NCBI GenBank assembly: GCA_964429275.1
Contig: CAYSBJ010000002.1
Span: forward strand, 346,459 to 392,730
Reading direction: 5' to 3'
Source of the DNA: an uncultured Pseudomonadota bacterium
GTDB lineage: Bacteria > Babelota > Babeliae > Babelales > JAUPTZ01
Length of the DNA: 46,272 nt
Positions within the stretch are counted from its first letter, which is position 1. Each line of letters begins with the position of its first letter. The translations under genes were made by a program, and so were the position numbers. The notes under the pieces were generated by a model. That model had not been told where the DNA came from. It did no database searches and was given only the letters and a program-made list of their open reading frames with translations. Shown here one piece after another: positions 35,630-45,900 of this stretch.

Positions 35630-36796
35630 ATGACCATGTTAAAACGATTAGTGCTTTCTTCTCTAGTGATGTGCCCTGCACTGCCGCTTGTTTCAGCACC
35701 AAAACCAACGGTTGACGAGATCAATGCTAAAGTAAATGCTATCAATTCAGAAATCGCAACCCTTAAGAACGGCACCGGCAAGCTCGATGTCGTCACGCGC
35801 GATATGATTGCTCTTGGCGCCGCGATGGGTACCTACGGTACAACACCGGCTCCTGTTAATCCTGCCGTTCAGCCATTTTTTACCCTGAGCGTGCCGCAAG
35901 AAGCGCAAGACATGGCCATCGCTCTTGGCACCATTACTTTCATGAAATGGACCGCTAAAGACGTTACTGTTTGCCGTAGCAGCGCCATCAATGGCTCCGC
36001 TCACGCAAGCAAGTATGTAAAACTAAATGGTGCTCTTACTCAAGTAAAGTCAGAAGAGTACTTTGGCCGTGCTGATGGTTTCACAAAATGCGTTCATAAA
36101 GGTTACAATGCTCGCGCCGCAGTGCCGTTGGCTGAAACCACCGCACGTATCTTGCAAGCAACAGCAAGCCCAACTGATATGACACAAGTAAAGTTCATTG
36201 ACCTGTACAACCACTACACACCAATTTGGCTCCAAGCAAAGAGCGCAAACGAAGTGCGTGAGTTCGTTGAAATGGCACAAATGGATCTTATGAGTGCCAC
36301 TGTTGATCCAACAGTCCGTCCAAAAGACTACCGCCAAGCACTTATCATCACCATCGAAAACGATCCGTTGCTAAGTTCACTTGATGAAAACTTAATAAAT
36401 GAACTTGGCGATATCTTCAGCGTTGGTAGCATGGCAAACAACACTCTCCGTGAGTTCATCTCAGAGGAAAAGGCGGCATTGATTGAATTGCTTGCTGAAA
36501 ACAAAAAAGCTCTAGACATTAACCCATCATTCCTAGAAGGCTTGTTCGAAGACCTTAATGAACAAAACTTCTACTTCAATCCAAAGCTCATGGCACGCGA
36601 TGTGTTGAAAAACATCTTTACGTTAAAGCACATTTCACAAAAGCTTACCGGATTTGGTCTTGGACTGCTTGCTGTGTACATGTGGAAGAAGTGGACTGAA
36701 AAGAAAAAAGAAGAAGGTCCTGAAAAGCTTTCAGAACAAAATAAACTTCTTGTTGCAGCACTCTCAGAAGCAATTAAAAAGCCTGCGACAGCATAA
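35630..36796 (+). CDS. Hypothetical exported protein with C-terminal membrane anchor
   Basis: AAGGAG RBS, signal peptide, short coiled coil, C-terminal TM then Lys-rich tail. Confidence 0.82.
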   Translation: MTMLKRLVLSSLVMCPALPLVSAPKPTVDEINAKVNAINSEIATLKNGTGKLDVVTRDMIALGAAMGTYGTTPAPVNPAVQPFFTLSVPQEAQDMAIALGTITFMKWTAKDVTVCRSSAINGSAHASKYVKLNGALTQVKSEEYFGRADGFTKCVHKGYNARAAVPLAETTARILQATASPTDMTQVKFIDLYNHYTPIWLQAKSANEVREFVEMAQMDLMSATVDPTVRPKDYRQALIITIENDPLLSSLDENLINELGDIFSVGSMANNTLREFISEEKAALIELLAENKKALDINPSFLEGLFEDLNEQNFYFNPKLMARDVLKNIFTLKHISQKLTGFGLGLLAVYMWKKWTEKKKEEGPEKLSEQNKLLVAALSEAIKKPATA

Positions 36797-36805
36797 CTTC
36801 ACTCA

Positions 36806-36853
36806 AAACAAAAAAAAGGCCGGGTATCTATTGCCCCGGCCTTTTTTTTGTTT
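36806..36853. terminator. Bidirectional intrinsic terminator
   Basis: AAACAAAAAAAAGGCCGGG-loop-CCCGGCCTTTTTTTTGTTT between convergent genes. Confidence 0.88.
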
Positions 36854-36855
36854 AA

Positions 36856-37602
36856 TTAATCTACTCTCTTAAAGAACGCTAAAAATTCCACATTCCCACT
36901 CGTTGCTCCCGGCAACGGCGATGGAATTACTTCTGTAATAAGCTTAAGGCCTAAAATACCGCAGCCTTTTACAACTTTATCAATGACCTCTTGATGTACC
37001 ACTGGATCCTCAATGAGGCCACCGCGGCGAACCTGATGCCTACCTGCCTCGAACTGTGGTTTAATCAAACAGATAACGCGCGCATCAGGAGCCAAGCAAG
37101 AAATAACTGCCGGCATCACGGTAAGGAGAGAGATAAAAGAAACATCCAAGGTTGCCAGGTCAATTTTGTCTGGCAAACCCATAACATACCGAAGATTCGT
37201 TTTTTCCATAACGACAACCCGCGGATCAGCTGCAATTTTTTCATGCACCTGGCCATGACCAACATCAATACCATAAATTTTCTTGGCGCCACGCTGCAGC
37301 ATACAGTCGGTAAAACCACCAGTTGAAAGCCCTGCGTCCAAAATAGTAAGGCCGGTAACATCTACGTTAAAATGCTCAAGGGCTGCTTCAAGCTTTGCGC
37401 CAGCACGACATACATACTTTGGCTGTTCGTCCTGTACCACTAGTTCCGCGTCCATCGGCAACGCGGTCCCGGGCTTCGTAATCGGCTGCCCGCTATGCAA
37501 AACCTTGCCCTGCATAATAATGCTATGAATATAGGAGCGTGAAAAATGTGGGTATCGTTGAACTAAAATCAGGTCTAATCGTTCTTTTTTTTGCTTTACC
37601 AC
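36856..37602 (-). CDS. tlyA: TlyA rRNA 2'-O-methyltransferase
   Basis: S4 domain ERLD, YVCRAGAKL, STGGFTD, DVSFISL, IKPQFE, GNVEFL; likely GTG start after AAGGA. Confidence 0.94.
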   Translation of the reverse strand: MVKQKKERLDLILVQRYPHFSRSYIHSIIMQGKVLHSGQPITKPGTALPMDAELVVQDEQPKYVCRAGAKLEAALEHFNVDVTGLTILDAGLSTGGFTDCMLQRGAKKIYGIDVGHGQVHEKIAADPRVVVMEKTNLRYVMGLPDKIDLATLDVSFISLLTVMPAVISCLAPDARVICLIKPQFEAGRHQVRRGGLIEDPVVHQEVIDKVVKGCGILGLKLITEVIPSPLPGATSGNVEFLAFFKRVD

Positions 37603-37734
37603 TTCATTCCTTGTCGTAACCTTCTGCATAAGGCAGCGATTATACATCATTTAAGCCAACTGTGAATCGCTAAGCAACCTCAGCATTTTTATACGTGTCG
37701 CGAAATGCGCATAACCTGCAAGCATCATACCATG

Positions 37735-39894
37735 CTACGCGTGGAGACCGTTCGTTGTAATATCTTTTAATATATCTTTAGCACGGTCAACAATCTCACC
37801 ATCAACCCCCTCTTCTCCAAGCATATCAAGTGCGACGTGCTGGTCAGCAATACCGTCATGGAGACGATATGTTCTGGTATAGCCACTGCCATCAGCAGCA
37901 TGATCAATGCGTACGCACTTATTCGCAACCGAGTCATGATACTGCGATAATTGAGTTACATACATAAAGTGGGTAGCGATGCAGCTCAGAATATTTGGGG
38001 TCTTGGCTATATAATCAGCCACTGAATAGGCACAACTTACCCCTTCATGTGGTGTCGTACCGCTAAACATTTCGTCAAAAATAAAAAGTACTGGCTTACT
38101 CTGTGCATCAGCTGCGCGCTTCAACAATTCTGCCGCACGCATAACCTCTTTTTTAAAGAGAGAATGCCCTTGTGCCACGTCATCTGAGATATTAAGATAG
38201 GTCTCGATCACCGAAAAAACACTTATGTGACAGGATTTTGCAGGGACAATTCCAGCCGTTTGCGCCATAAGAGCGCCAAGAGCAACCGCTTTTAGCAGAG
38301 TTGATTTACCGCCAGCATTCAGCCCAGTTACCAAATAATTACGTACTTTGCCAGCTCCACCGAGAGAAATAGAGCTCGGCACCGCGACATCAGCTGCAAG
38401 AAAAGGATTCCAGAGCCCATCGGCCTGATACACCGGTAATTCATCCGCTGCGGCATACGTTGGAAATATATACCCATTTTTCGTATCCGCTGGCTGAGAC
38501 ATTTTTTGCGCCAAGCCCAAATAGACCTCAACACGCCCTACCCCCACCGCAAGATCGGCAAGCAATACATTTTTCGTTTTTAATAACTCATATGCCCGCT
38601 CTACATGGCCCAACCAGAGAGAAGACCCGGCACTAAGGTCAAGTGGAAACCCTTCAAATAAAGAACAAAGCTCAGCAAGCTCTTTATCTTCCTTGATAGT
38701 TTTCTCAAAAAAATCAAAAACTGGCGCGCAGTCTGGCAAGGCCCGAATTTCTGGAATATTCACTGTTTCTTCGTAAACGCGTCGCATAAGGCCATATCCA
38801 GAGCTCACTTGGGCCAATCCGTACCAACGAAGTTTGCGGGACAAAAAGCCACCGCGAATCCAGTCGAGTTGATGGTACGCCCACCAAACACACAGGCCAG
38901 ACATTGCAGCAGCAACTATTCCATGTACATACGGGTTGTCTGGAAATAGTGAAAAAGCCGCCTTTGCATCCCAGGTAGCCATCCATGTTTGAGGATCAGT
39001 TATCTGCGATGCCGATTTTTTTGATAAGTATTCGCCAGTCGAATCAGCGCCAGTCGTACCATTTTTCAAAGAATACGCACTATATGCCGCCAATTTATAG
39101 GAAGCGTATGAAATCATAAAAAACCACAAAATGCTGCCAATAGTCGTTCGATAAGTCTCGTTAACTGTTGCTACCCAGGGATTTTTTTGAAGTTTTCGAA
39201 TTCCCGGAATTTCAAGAATCAATAACCCAAGATTAAAATTGCGGTTCTCAAACGCGCGGTCGGCGTTCAAAACCGGTAACATATATCGCTCTCGTACCGC
39301 CAAATCAGCATAAATAGCCGCAAGTTTTTCCTGTTTTTCGATCGCAACACTCAACGCTCGAATAGCTTCTTGGCGCTGGAGTAGCACGCTAACATCTGAC
39401 TCTGGCTGTGCCAAAAGAAGTGCCGCGCTCACTTTACCAAAAGTAGACCGGGCAAGCTCCAGCTTACTAGCTAAGTAGATAGTGTCGCTTCCTGGCTTAC
39501 CGGCCATAACATCAAGGTCCTGGAGCAACTGAGTACCACTACAAACAGGAAACGCTTTTGGCGTACACTGCTCAGCAACCCAAGCACTTTTACCAAATAC
39601 ATCGATGGCGTCACGGTGCAAGTTAATTGCCGCACGCTGTTCAAGCATGCGCGTCGTTTCTTTAATATGCTCACGGAACGTCTTAATTTTTTTGTCATAT
39701 TTTAAGCTAAAGTCTTCTGGAACCCCTGATCGATGAATTTTGAGGAGCGCATCAAGCTGTTTTTCGCCCGGCGTTTTCTCTTTGACCTCGCTAATCAGAG
39801 AGTCCTGTGCTTCCGCTTGAAGTCCGAACGATGCGCTCAAAAGAATCGAAAAGAGAACGGTGAGACCAGAGAGCCTCCCTGAGAAAATATCCAT
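37735..39894 (-). CDS. MutS domain V ATPase-related protein with signal peptide and TM segments (no mismatch-binding domain)
   Basis: TGLNAGGKST, LMAQTAG, SDDVAQGHSLF, IFDEMFSGT..EG, ATHF. Confidence 0.88.
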   Translation of the reverse strand: MDIFSGRLSGLTVLFSILLSASFGLQAEAQDSLISEVKEKTPGEKQLDALLKIHRSGVPEDFSLKYDKKIKTFREHIKETTRMLEQRAAINLHRDAIDVFGKSAWVAEQCTPKAFPVCSGTQLLQDLDVMAGKPGSDTIYLASKLELARSTFGKVSAALLLAQPESDVSVLLQRQEAIRALSVAIEKQEKLAAIYADLAVRERYMLPVLNADRAFENRNFNLGLLILEIPGIRKLQKNPWVATVNETYRTTIGSILWFFMISYASYKLAAYSAYSLKNGTTGADSTGEYLSKKSASQITDPQTWMATWDAKAAFSLFPDNPYVHGIVAAAMSGLCVWWAYHQLDWIRGGFLSRKLRWYGLAQVSSGYGLMRRVYEETVNIPEIRALPDCAPVFDFFEKTIKEDKELAELCSLFEGFPLDLSAGSSLWLGHVERAYELLKTKNVLLADLAVGVGRVEVYLGLAQKMSQPADTKNGYIFPTYAAADELPVYQADGLWNPFLAADVAVPSSISLGGAGKVRNYLVTGLNAGGKSTLLKAVALGALMAQTAGIVPAKSCHISVFSVIETYLNISDDVAQGHSLFKKEVMRAAELLKRAADAQSKPVLFIFDEMFSGTTPHEGVSCAYSVADYIAKTPNILSCIATHFMYVTQLSQYHDSVANKCVRIDHAADGSGYTRTYRLHDGIADQHVALDMLGEEGVDGEIVDRAKDILKDITTNGLHA

Positions 39895-40038
39895 GCAAAA
39901 GTCCTTTATGAAAGAAAGTACGGCTAGACACCGCTAAATTAGTCTAACCGATTAGACTTTTAAAGCAAGTCTCGGCCTTCCAATCAAGGCTCATGCCTCC
40001 TCCGCATAACTAGACTAAAGGATCACACTCCGTGAAGA

Positions 40039-41697
40039 TCAATGAGAAATAGCTCTAACTCCCAACGCTTTCACCAATGCTGACACCTTGTATCCATTTT
40101 GCTTGGCAAGCGCAGCCTCTTTTTGGCGAATTTCGTCGTACGGCACTACAACAAATCGATAGTCAAACTGGGTGGTCATCGTAAGAAACTTATCTTTTTT
40201 ATGCCGCAACACAGCCAAACGAAAGTCGTTTAAAGTACGCACTTTATGATCATTGATAGTGTCGATAATAAGTCCTGGAGCGATGAGTTTTGCGTCTTTT
40301 GCCGGCGAGTCAGGGCAAAGATGCGTAACGATAAGGGCTTCTTCATATTGCGTATCAGCCCGCGCATACCGGGTCAATACTGCCGCAAGAGAACCATCAT
40401 ACTCAAGTAGAGCATTAATAACATTAATACTCAATGGCATAACCACCATGCCCCCAAATATTTCATACTCAATTTTTTCAAAATCCGGGAACAATTGCCG
40501 AACGGGAAGTACAAAACTATCATCCAAAAGTATGTTGAATTCCTTGCGATCGCCATGCCTATAGATAACAAGATGAAGAGAATCACCAATTTTATAGCGG
40601 TTCAAAAGATCCTGCATTGAAACACGCGCATCAGTCGCCCAGGAAACCTCTACTTCCCCATAACAATCAAGCTCGTGACCGTTCACCTCATACAAAACAT
40701 CTCCCGATTGTATGCCGGCTCGGTCAAGTAGAGTGTCCTTATACACATGCGTCATATACCAACCACCCCCCGGAGGATTGCCCAAATGCTCACGCAAGGC
40801 ATCAAGATACACAGAAAAATTTCCGCCAAGTACCGGCTTACGCAGCAATGGGGTTGTGTACAGATCAGCCAAAATATGGCGCACTTCGTTGATTGGAATA
40901 AAAAAGCCAGTATTTTGAGCGCTCGGCACATTGGCCGAGTTAATCCCAATAACTTCTCCCCGATTATTCACCGTCGGCCCCCCAGAGTTGCCAGGGTTTA
41001 TTGGAGAGGTTAATTGAATGAGCGACTGACCACCAAAATGCTCCCAGCCACTAATATTGCCGATGGTACTCTTCAAGCTCGTCCGCCCGAGAGGAAACCC
41101 AATCGCCATAACTTCCTGCGTTCTACCAACTTGGTCAGAATCCCCAAACATCATGGGTGATATACGCCCAATCTTTCGTTCAATTTCTTCTCGAGCCTTG
41201 TCTACCAACCGTAACAACGCCACATCGCGTTCGGGACATGCCCCAATGACTTCTGCGCGAAACTGCAACTGGCCAAGGCGCGGCAAGCGAACCATAATCG
41301 AAGAGGCCTGGCTTACCACATGATAATTAGTAAGCATGTCTCCTTTTTCATTGATAAAGAAGGCACTTCCACAGGTCAAGGCTTCATCCGGAGTACGATA
41401 TGGCCGTAGCCAATTTATACGCGCAACTGAGCTAAAAACCTGCACAACCCCATGCTCAACATCTTTTTGTACGCGAAGCCAATTAGAGGAGGCCACTGGC
41501 GCACTGGCAGCTTCATGTCGCACTTCTTGCTGAACGCTCAAAAGCTGGCCCCGCGTGGTTGCAAGCTCTTTATTGAGAACTTGGTACCGCTGAAACTGCT
41601 GTTGAAGCTGTTGATACACAAAATAGCCACCAATTGTGCCACCAATAAACAGCACAATAATGCCGCTCCCTACACCAATCATCAATTTATTACGCAT
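40039..41697 (-). CDS. Trypsin-like serine protease with PDZ domains (HtrA/Deg2-like)
   Basis: TNYHVV, DVALL, INPGNSGGP; N-terminal TM plus coiled coil; two PDZ-like domains. Confidence 0.92.
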   Translation of the reverse strand: MRNKLMIGVGSGIIVLFIGGTIGGYFVYQQLQQQFQRYQVLNKELATTRGQLLSVQQEVRHEAASAPVASSNWLRVQKDVEHGVVQVFSSVARINWLRPYRTPDEALTCGSAFFINEKGDMLTNYHVVSQASSIMVRLPRLGQLQFRAEVIGACPERDVALLRLVDKAREEIERKIGRISPMMFGDSDQVGRTQEVMAIGFPLGRTSLKSTIGNISGWEHFGGQSLIQLTSPINPGNSGGPTVNNRGEVIGINSANVPSAQNTGFFIPINEVRHILADLYTTPLLRKPVLGGNFSVYLDALREHLGNPPGGGWYMTHVYKDTLLDRAGIQSGDVLYEVNGHELDCYGEVEVSWATDARVSMQDLLNRYKIGDSLHLVIYRHGDRKEFNILLDDSFVLPVRQLFPDFEKIEYEIFGGMVVMPLSINVINALLEYDGSLAAVLTRYARADTQYEEALIVTHLCPDSPAKDAKLIAPGLIIDTINDHKVRTLNDFRLAVLRHKKDKFLTMTTQFDYRFVVVPYDEIRQKEAALAKQNGYKVSALVKALGVRAISH

Positions 41698-41764
41698 CCT
41701 ACCCTCGCTCTGTAATGACAACGAAAGTGGCACTATAAAGAAGTCAGGTAAAAAACGCTATAAA

Positions 41765-42304
41765 CTACGCAGCAACACTTACTTTGGCATGACGAATAAC
41801 AGAACCTTTATAGGTATACCCACGACTGAAGGTCTGGAGTATGGTACCGCTCTCGGTACCTTCAACAGCCGATTGCATAAGTGCTTCATGCATGTGCGGA
41901 TCAAACTGGCCATTCGTAGCTACTTCTTGTACGCCAAGCTCATCCAACACTTTACGCATATTCTTTTCTACAAAGGAAAGACCTTCTAACGTGGACTTCA
42001 GCCCGGCATGGTCATTATTTCCACTTGCAGCTGCCGCTTTAGCTGCCTCAAATGCACGCTCAATATCATCAAGCAACGGCAAAAAAGCTTTTACGATAGC
42101 TACTTGACCAATTTGCACCAACTCTGAACGCTCTTTTTCCATACGACGGCGATAATTTAAAAAATCAGCGCTCATGCGTAAAAACTGATTTTTATAACTT
42201 TCTTCTTCTTTTTTAACCGCATCTCCAATCGTCGGCTCTATTACTTCGCTCTCGCTAATCGTTGATTCTTCGTGCTGCGGACCTTTTTTGTGTGTATCAT
42301 CCAT
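41765..42304 (-). CDS. grpE: Nucleotide exchange factor GrpE
   Basis: ADFLNYRRR, LPLLDDIERA, FDPHMHEA, GY..VIRHAKVSV. Confidence 0.95.
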   Translation of the reverse strand: MDDTHKKGPQHEESTISESEVIEPTIGDAVKKEEESYKNQFLRMSADFLNYRRRMEKERSELVQIGQVAIVKAFLPLLDDIERAFEAAKAAAASGNNDHAGLKSTLEGLSFVEKNMRKVLDELGVQEVATNGQFDPHMHEALMQSAVEGTESGTILQTFSRGYTYKGSVIRHAKVSVAA

Positions 42305-42436
42305 GACAAACTCTGCAAATAAAATTGTTTGAGGTACAAAAGCAATGCGCCGGACTATAGCCCAGCGCATTGCCACTACTGACAGCGGTCAGTATATCGT
42401 ATGAAAGAAAAAGCGTCACGCGCTAATCTATAGCTT

Positions 42437-43240
42437 CTAACGAGGGGACCCGGATGAGCTACTACCACCACTTGCGGTATGAGGGCTTATTGCGCCACTC
42501 AGTTCAGCACGTATTACCCCTATTTCTTTTACCGTATGAAATAATATATCAGACTTACCCATGCGAAACTCATGAAGAGATATCGGACGAGCACTCATCA
42601 AATGCTCACGTTTCACCATAGATTCAACTTTGCATACTTCAATACACATAAAAACAGAAGAGAAACCTGGCACACTCTCTGTGTATTCGGAATACGCTTT
42701 TTGAACATCTGGGCATGGAGCCAGCGCTTTGGCTATCTCCTGTGCCCTCTGAACTTGAGGACTAAGCAAGGACTCAACAAGTTCAGCGGTAATAAATTGC
42801 GTCCACTCACTATGCCCACGCTTTTTAATCTCATCTTCCAGCAATGCTTCTAAGTCAAATGTCGAAAAGTTTTCTGCTTCTTCACGAGAAAAAGAAGCTA
42901 TACTTCTGGATGATTTCTGTGAACAGATTGTTTCAACAACTTCTCTGTTCAACAAAGCAACCTCCTCTTTAGACACAGAAGGAAATGTGTAGCTAGCAAG
43001 CTCGTCAACGTAATCATATATCTTCTTAGAAAGGCATTCAGTCCGACCAGCCGCCTTGGCCTCATACCACGCTGCAGCTAAAGCGGTATGCCTCACTCTC
43101 ATTTCATTAAACAATTCATGCGTTGCATCAAGAGTGACATCAAAAATGGCATCGGCTCCTAAGCAGGTACTACTTGACAGCCATAAGCCTATACATGCAA
43201 AGCCCAACACACGGTTAAACGATTTTTTATGAACATACAT
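42437..43240 (-). CDS. Hypothetical secreted protein
   Basis: AAGGAG RBS, signal peptide, 267-aa ORF. Confidence 0.72.
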   Translation of the reverse strand: MYVHKKSFNRVLGFACIGLWLSSSTCLGADAIFDVTLDATHELFNEMRVRHTALAAAWYEAKAAGRTECLSKKIYDYVDELASYTFPSVSKEEVALLNREVVETICSQKSSRSIASFSREEAENFSTFDLEALLEDEIKKRGHSEWTQFITAELVESLLSPQVQRAQEIAKALAPCPDVQKAYSEYTESVPGFSSVFMCIEVCKVESMVKREHLMSARPISLHEFRMGKSDILFHTVKEIGVIRAELSGAISPHTASGGSSSSGSPR

Positions 43241-43419
43241 ATGGATACTCCTTAAGACACTGTGATTTAATAAAGTGCTTATTACAGCACAATGAGGCTA
43301 GACCAGATTGAGGGCTTTAGCAAAAAAAAATATATCCCTTTTTTTTACGTCAGAAGAAAATATGTACGAAGACGGGGCAAATATGTTGGCACAGTACATA
43401 TAATTACGATTATCGCAAT

Positions 43420-45040
43420 TTAGCTGGATATGCCCTCTCGCTCGACATCACGGAGCACTGCACGAGCCCGCTGGACAATGTCATTCTTGATTCCTTGTTC
43501 GCCCAACATATCAAGCGCAACGTGCTGGTCAGAGACACCATCTTCCAAAATAAAACTCCTCAAATATTTCATGCTGCCACGAACAGGTTCAAGACGAACG
43601 CATTTATTCACGATTGAGGGATGCTGGGCCGGCAGTCGCGTGAGGTATTTAAAAGGTGTACTGGTTTTCATTCGGGGCAGTACGTGATCGCAGCATAAGT
43701 TTTGCCAGCCCTAAATAGACCTCTATCCGCCCGATGCCAACCGCAAGATCGGCAACCATACGGGCTTTCTTTTTTAAAAGCTCTTGTGCACGGTTTACGT
43801 ACCCAGAAAAGAGCGCTGACCCCGTTTGCTTATTCAGCGGTAAACTTTCAAATAACCCAAACAATTCTGCAAGTTCGGCATCCTCTTTCAGTTGACGCTC
43901 AAAAAAGTCATAAACTATGGCACAGTCAGGCAAGGCACGAAATGCCTCAACATGTGCAGTTGCTGTATAGATTTCACGCATCAAAGCAAAGCCACGAGAA
44001 GCCTTCGTCAAGCACTCCCAACTAAATTTACGCCACTTGTAGTCATCAATGCGCCACTTAATCTGCTGATAAAGACTCTTAATACCGTACCCCACAGCCA
44101 AAGCAGCCAAAAATGCATGGGCTTTATTATTACTAATCCTATCCCATAAAAAAGCCACATCAGGCTGCATCAAATTCTTACTTTTGGTAATCACCACTGA
44201 ATCATCATGTGAAAGCCCTGGCCCAGTAATTTGACCACTCTGCCGAGAAGATTTACGCGCATAATACGCATACAGAAGGAGCATACAAAGCCCAAAGCCA
44301 GTACGCTTGTACGAAGAAATCATGGTAATTTCACGATACACATCATCCACAGTGCGCACCGCCGGCGATCGGTATAACTTTCTTATGACTGGTATTTGGA
44401 GAATAAGCATTTCAGGCCCTATTTCTCGCTCATTACCATAGTGACGCGTCACCCGCACCGTCGGTAAAAAATAACGCTCAGTCTGAACAAATTCGCCATA
44501 CAACCCGGTTAAATCAGCATAGAGCTGCTCATCATCACACAATTTTTTCACCACCTCTTGGCGCGGCAGCAATACAGCACTCGTTGATTGTGGATCGGCC
44601 ACCAATAAAGCAGCGCTCACTTTACCAAATGCTGACTGCGCAAGTCCCAACGTATCGGTCAAATAAGAAGCTTTATTACCCAACTTGCCGGCAACAACTT
44701 CAAGACCTTCTAAAAGCTGCATTCCACGACATATCGGCTCAGACGAAGAAAAGAATTGCTGTTCAAGCCACTTACTCCCCCGAAAGATAGCTATCGCATC
44801 ATAATGCAAGTTAATAGCCGGCATATTTTCAATCAAGTGACGCTCATATGCCACACGTGAAAATGGCTTACTCCAGTCATAATTATATATGCTGTCGTCA
44901 TACACAACACCAGAACAATGAAGATCCAAGAGCATACCCAGCCGCTGCGCTCCCGCATTCTCCGATACAGAGATGGCCGAATGTGCCATAACATGTAAAC
45001 CAAAACCAGACAACCCAAAAACAAGGAGCAACTTCTTCAT
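43420..45040 (-). pseudogene. Second MutS-V-related paralogue; ATPase core deleted and C-terminus out of frame (ORFs 43649..45040 and 43420..~43653)
   Basis: N-part shares AINLH.DAI, FGKVSAALL, DLAVG.GR.EVYLGLA with 37735..39894; C-part shares NKCVR..DG..DQHVALDMLGE; Walker A/B region absent. Confidence 0.8.
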
Positions 45041-45055
45041 ACACCCTCAAATGCA

Positions 45056-45094
45056 AATGCGGTACTGATACTTTAAAAGTATCAGTACCGCATT
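45056..45094. repeat. Perfect inverted repeat, 19-bp arms
   Basis: AATGCGGTACTGATACTTT-A-AAAGTATCAGTACCGCATT. Confidence 0.9.
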
Positions 45095-45148
45095 ATCTAC
45101 TACCAGAAAAGGAAAATAAGCATTAAGTTGCGCCTAATCTACTTACCC

Positions 45149-45793
45149 TTAACGACTTTCCCAAAGATTAGCCACCTCGACAGTCAAAGTAACGCCAAAA
45201 GTGTTCCGCTGATTATGCCCTGTTTTGTATCCATAGACAAAGTAGAAATCCTGAAGAAATTCTTCTTTATCTACCTTATGTTCAATAAAATGCCTGGAAA
45301 AATCGCTATCACTGGAATTCAAATCTTCGTCATCCATACCAATAAAGATATCTATGTCTTCGTATGCATCCACAAACACCTTACTGTATTTACGTCTGAA
45401 AAGCCGCTGAGCCTGCTCATGCAATTCACGCGAAAGACGAAGGCATGTTCCTTTCTCTTCAGGAGTGCCAAATCTCTCCGACAGGGCTGCCAAATGTGCA
45501 TACGTAACTGTCAACATCAAGGCCGATCGAAAATCCTTTTCATCGCCGGAAAAAGTCTCACAACATGACTGGAAGACGCAGAGAGCTTGTTTATATGTGC
45601 GATATGCAACACGATCAGGATCTTGGCCAACGAAGGCTGGCTCTAGCTTGCCCTTGCTTGCCTCTTGTGCTTGCAAGAACAGCTCACGGCCACGCTTATA
45701 TTTCGCTTCAATAAAGGCCACATCAGCGCCAAACGCACACGGCGCCACACACAAGACCCACACTGCCGATAGCAGTATTTCTTTTGTATTCAT
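45149..45793 (-). CDS. Hypothetical secreted helical protein
   Basis: Signal peptide ending AFG-A; 214 aa. Confidence 0.7.
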   Translation of the reverse strand: MNTKEILLSAVWVLCVAPCAFGADVAFIEAKYKRGRELFLQAQEASKGKLEPAFVGQDPDRVAYRTYKQALCVFQSCCETFSGDEKDFRSALMLTVTYAHLAALSERFGTPEEKGTCLRLSRELHEQAQRLFRRKYSKVFVDAYEDIDIFIGMDDEDLNSSDSDFSRHFIEHKVDKEEFLQDFYFVYGYKTGHNQRNTFGVTLTVEVANLWESR

Positions 45794-45900
45794 AGTGTAT
45801 CTTTCTTAGATTTAAATTGAGGATAGAAAAAGTACTGCAATGGTAGCATTTTTATGCTTTTTTCTCAAGGAGAAAGACGGAACTTTGAGTGCACAGTATC

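Noticed and set aside
36856..37602. TlyA as a haemolysin virulence factor
   Set aside because: The sequence supports only the rRNA methyltransferase assignment
42305..42436. CIRCE element upstream of grpE
   Set aside because: No TTAGCACTC-N9-GAGTGCTAA match
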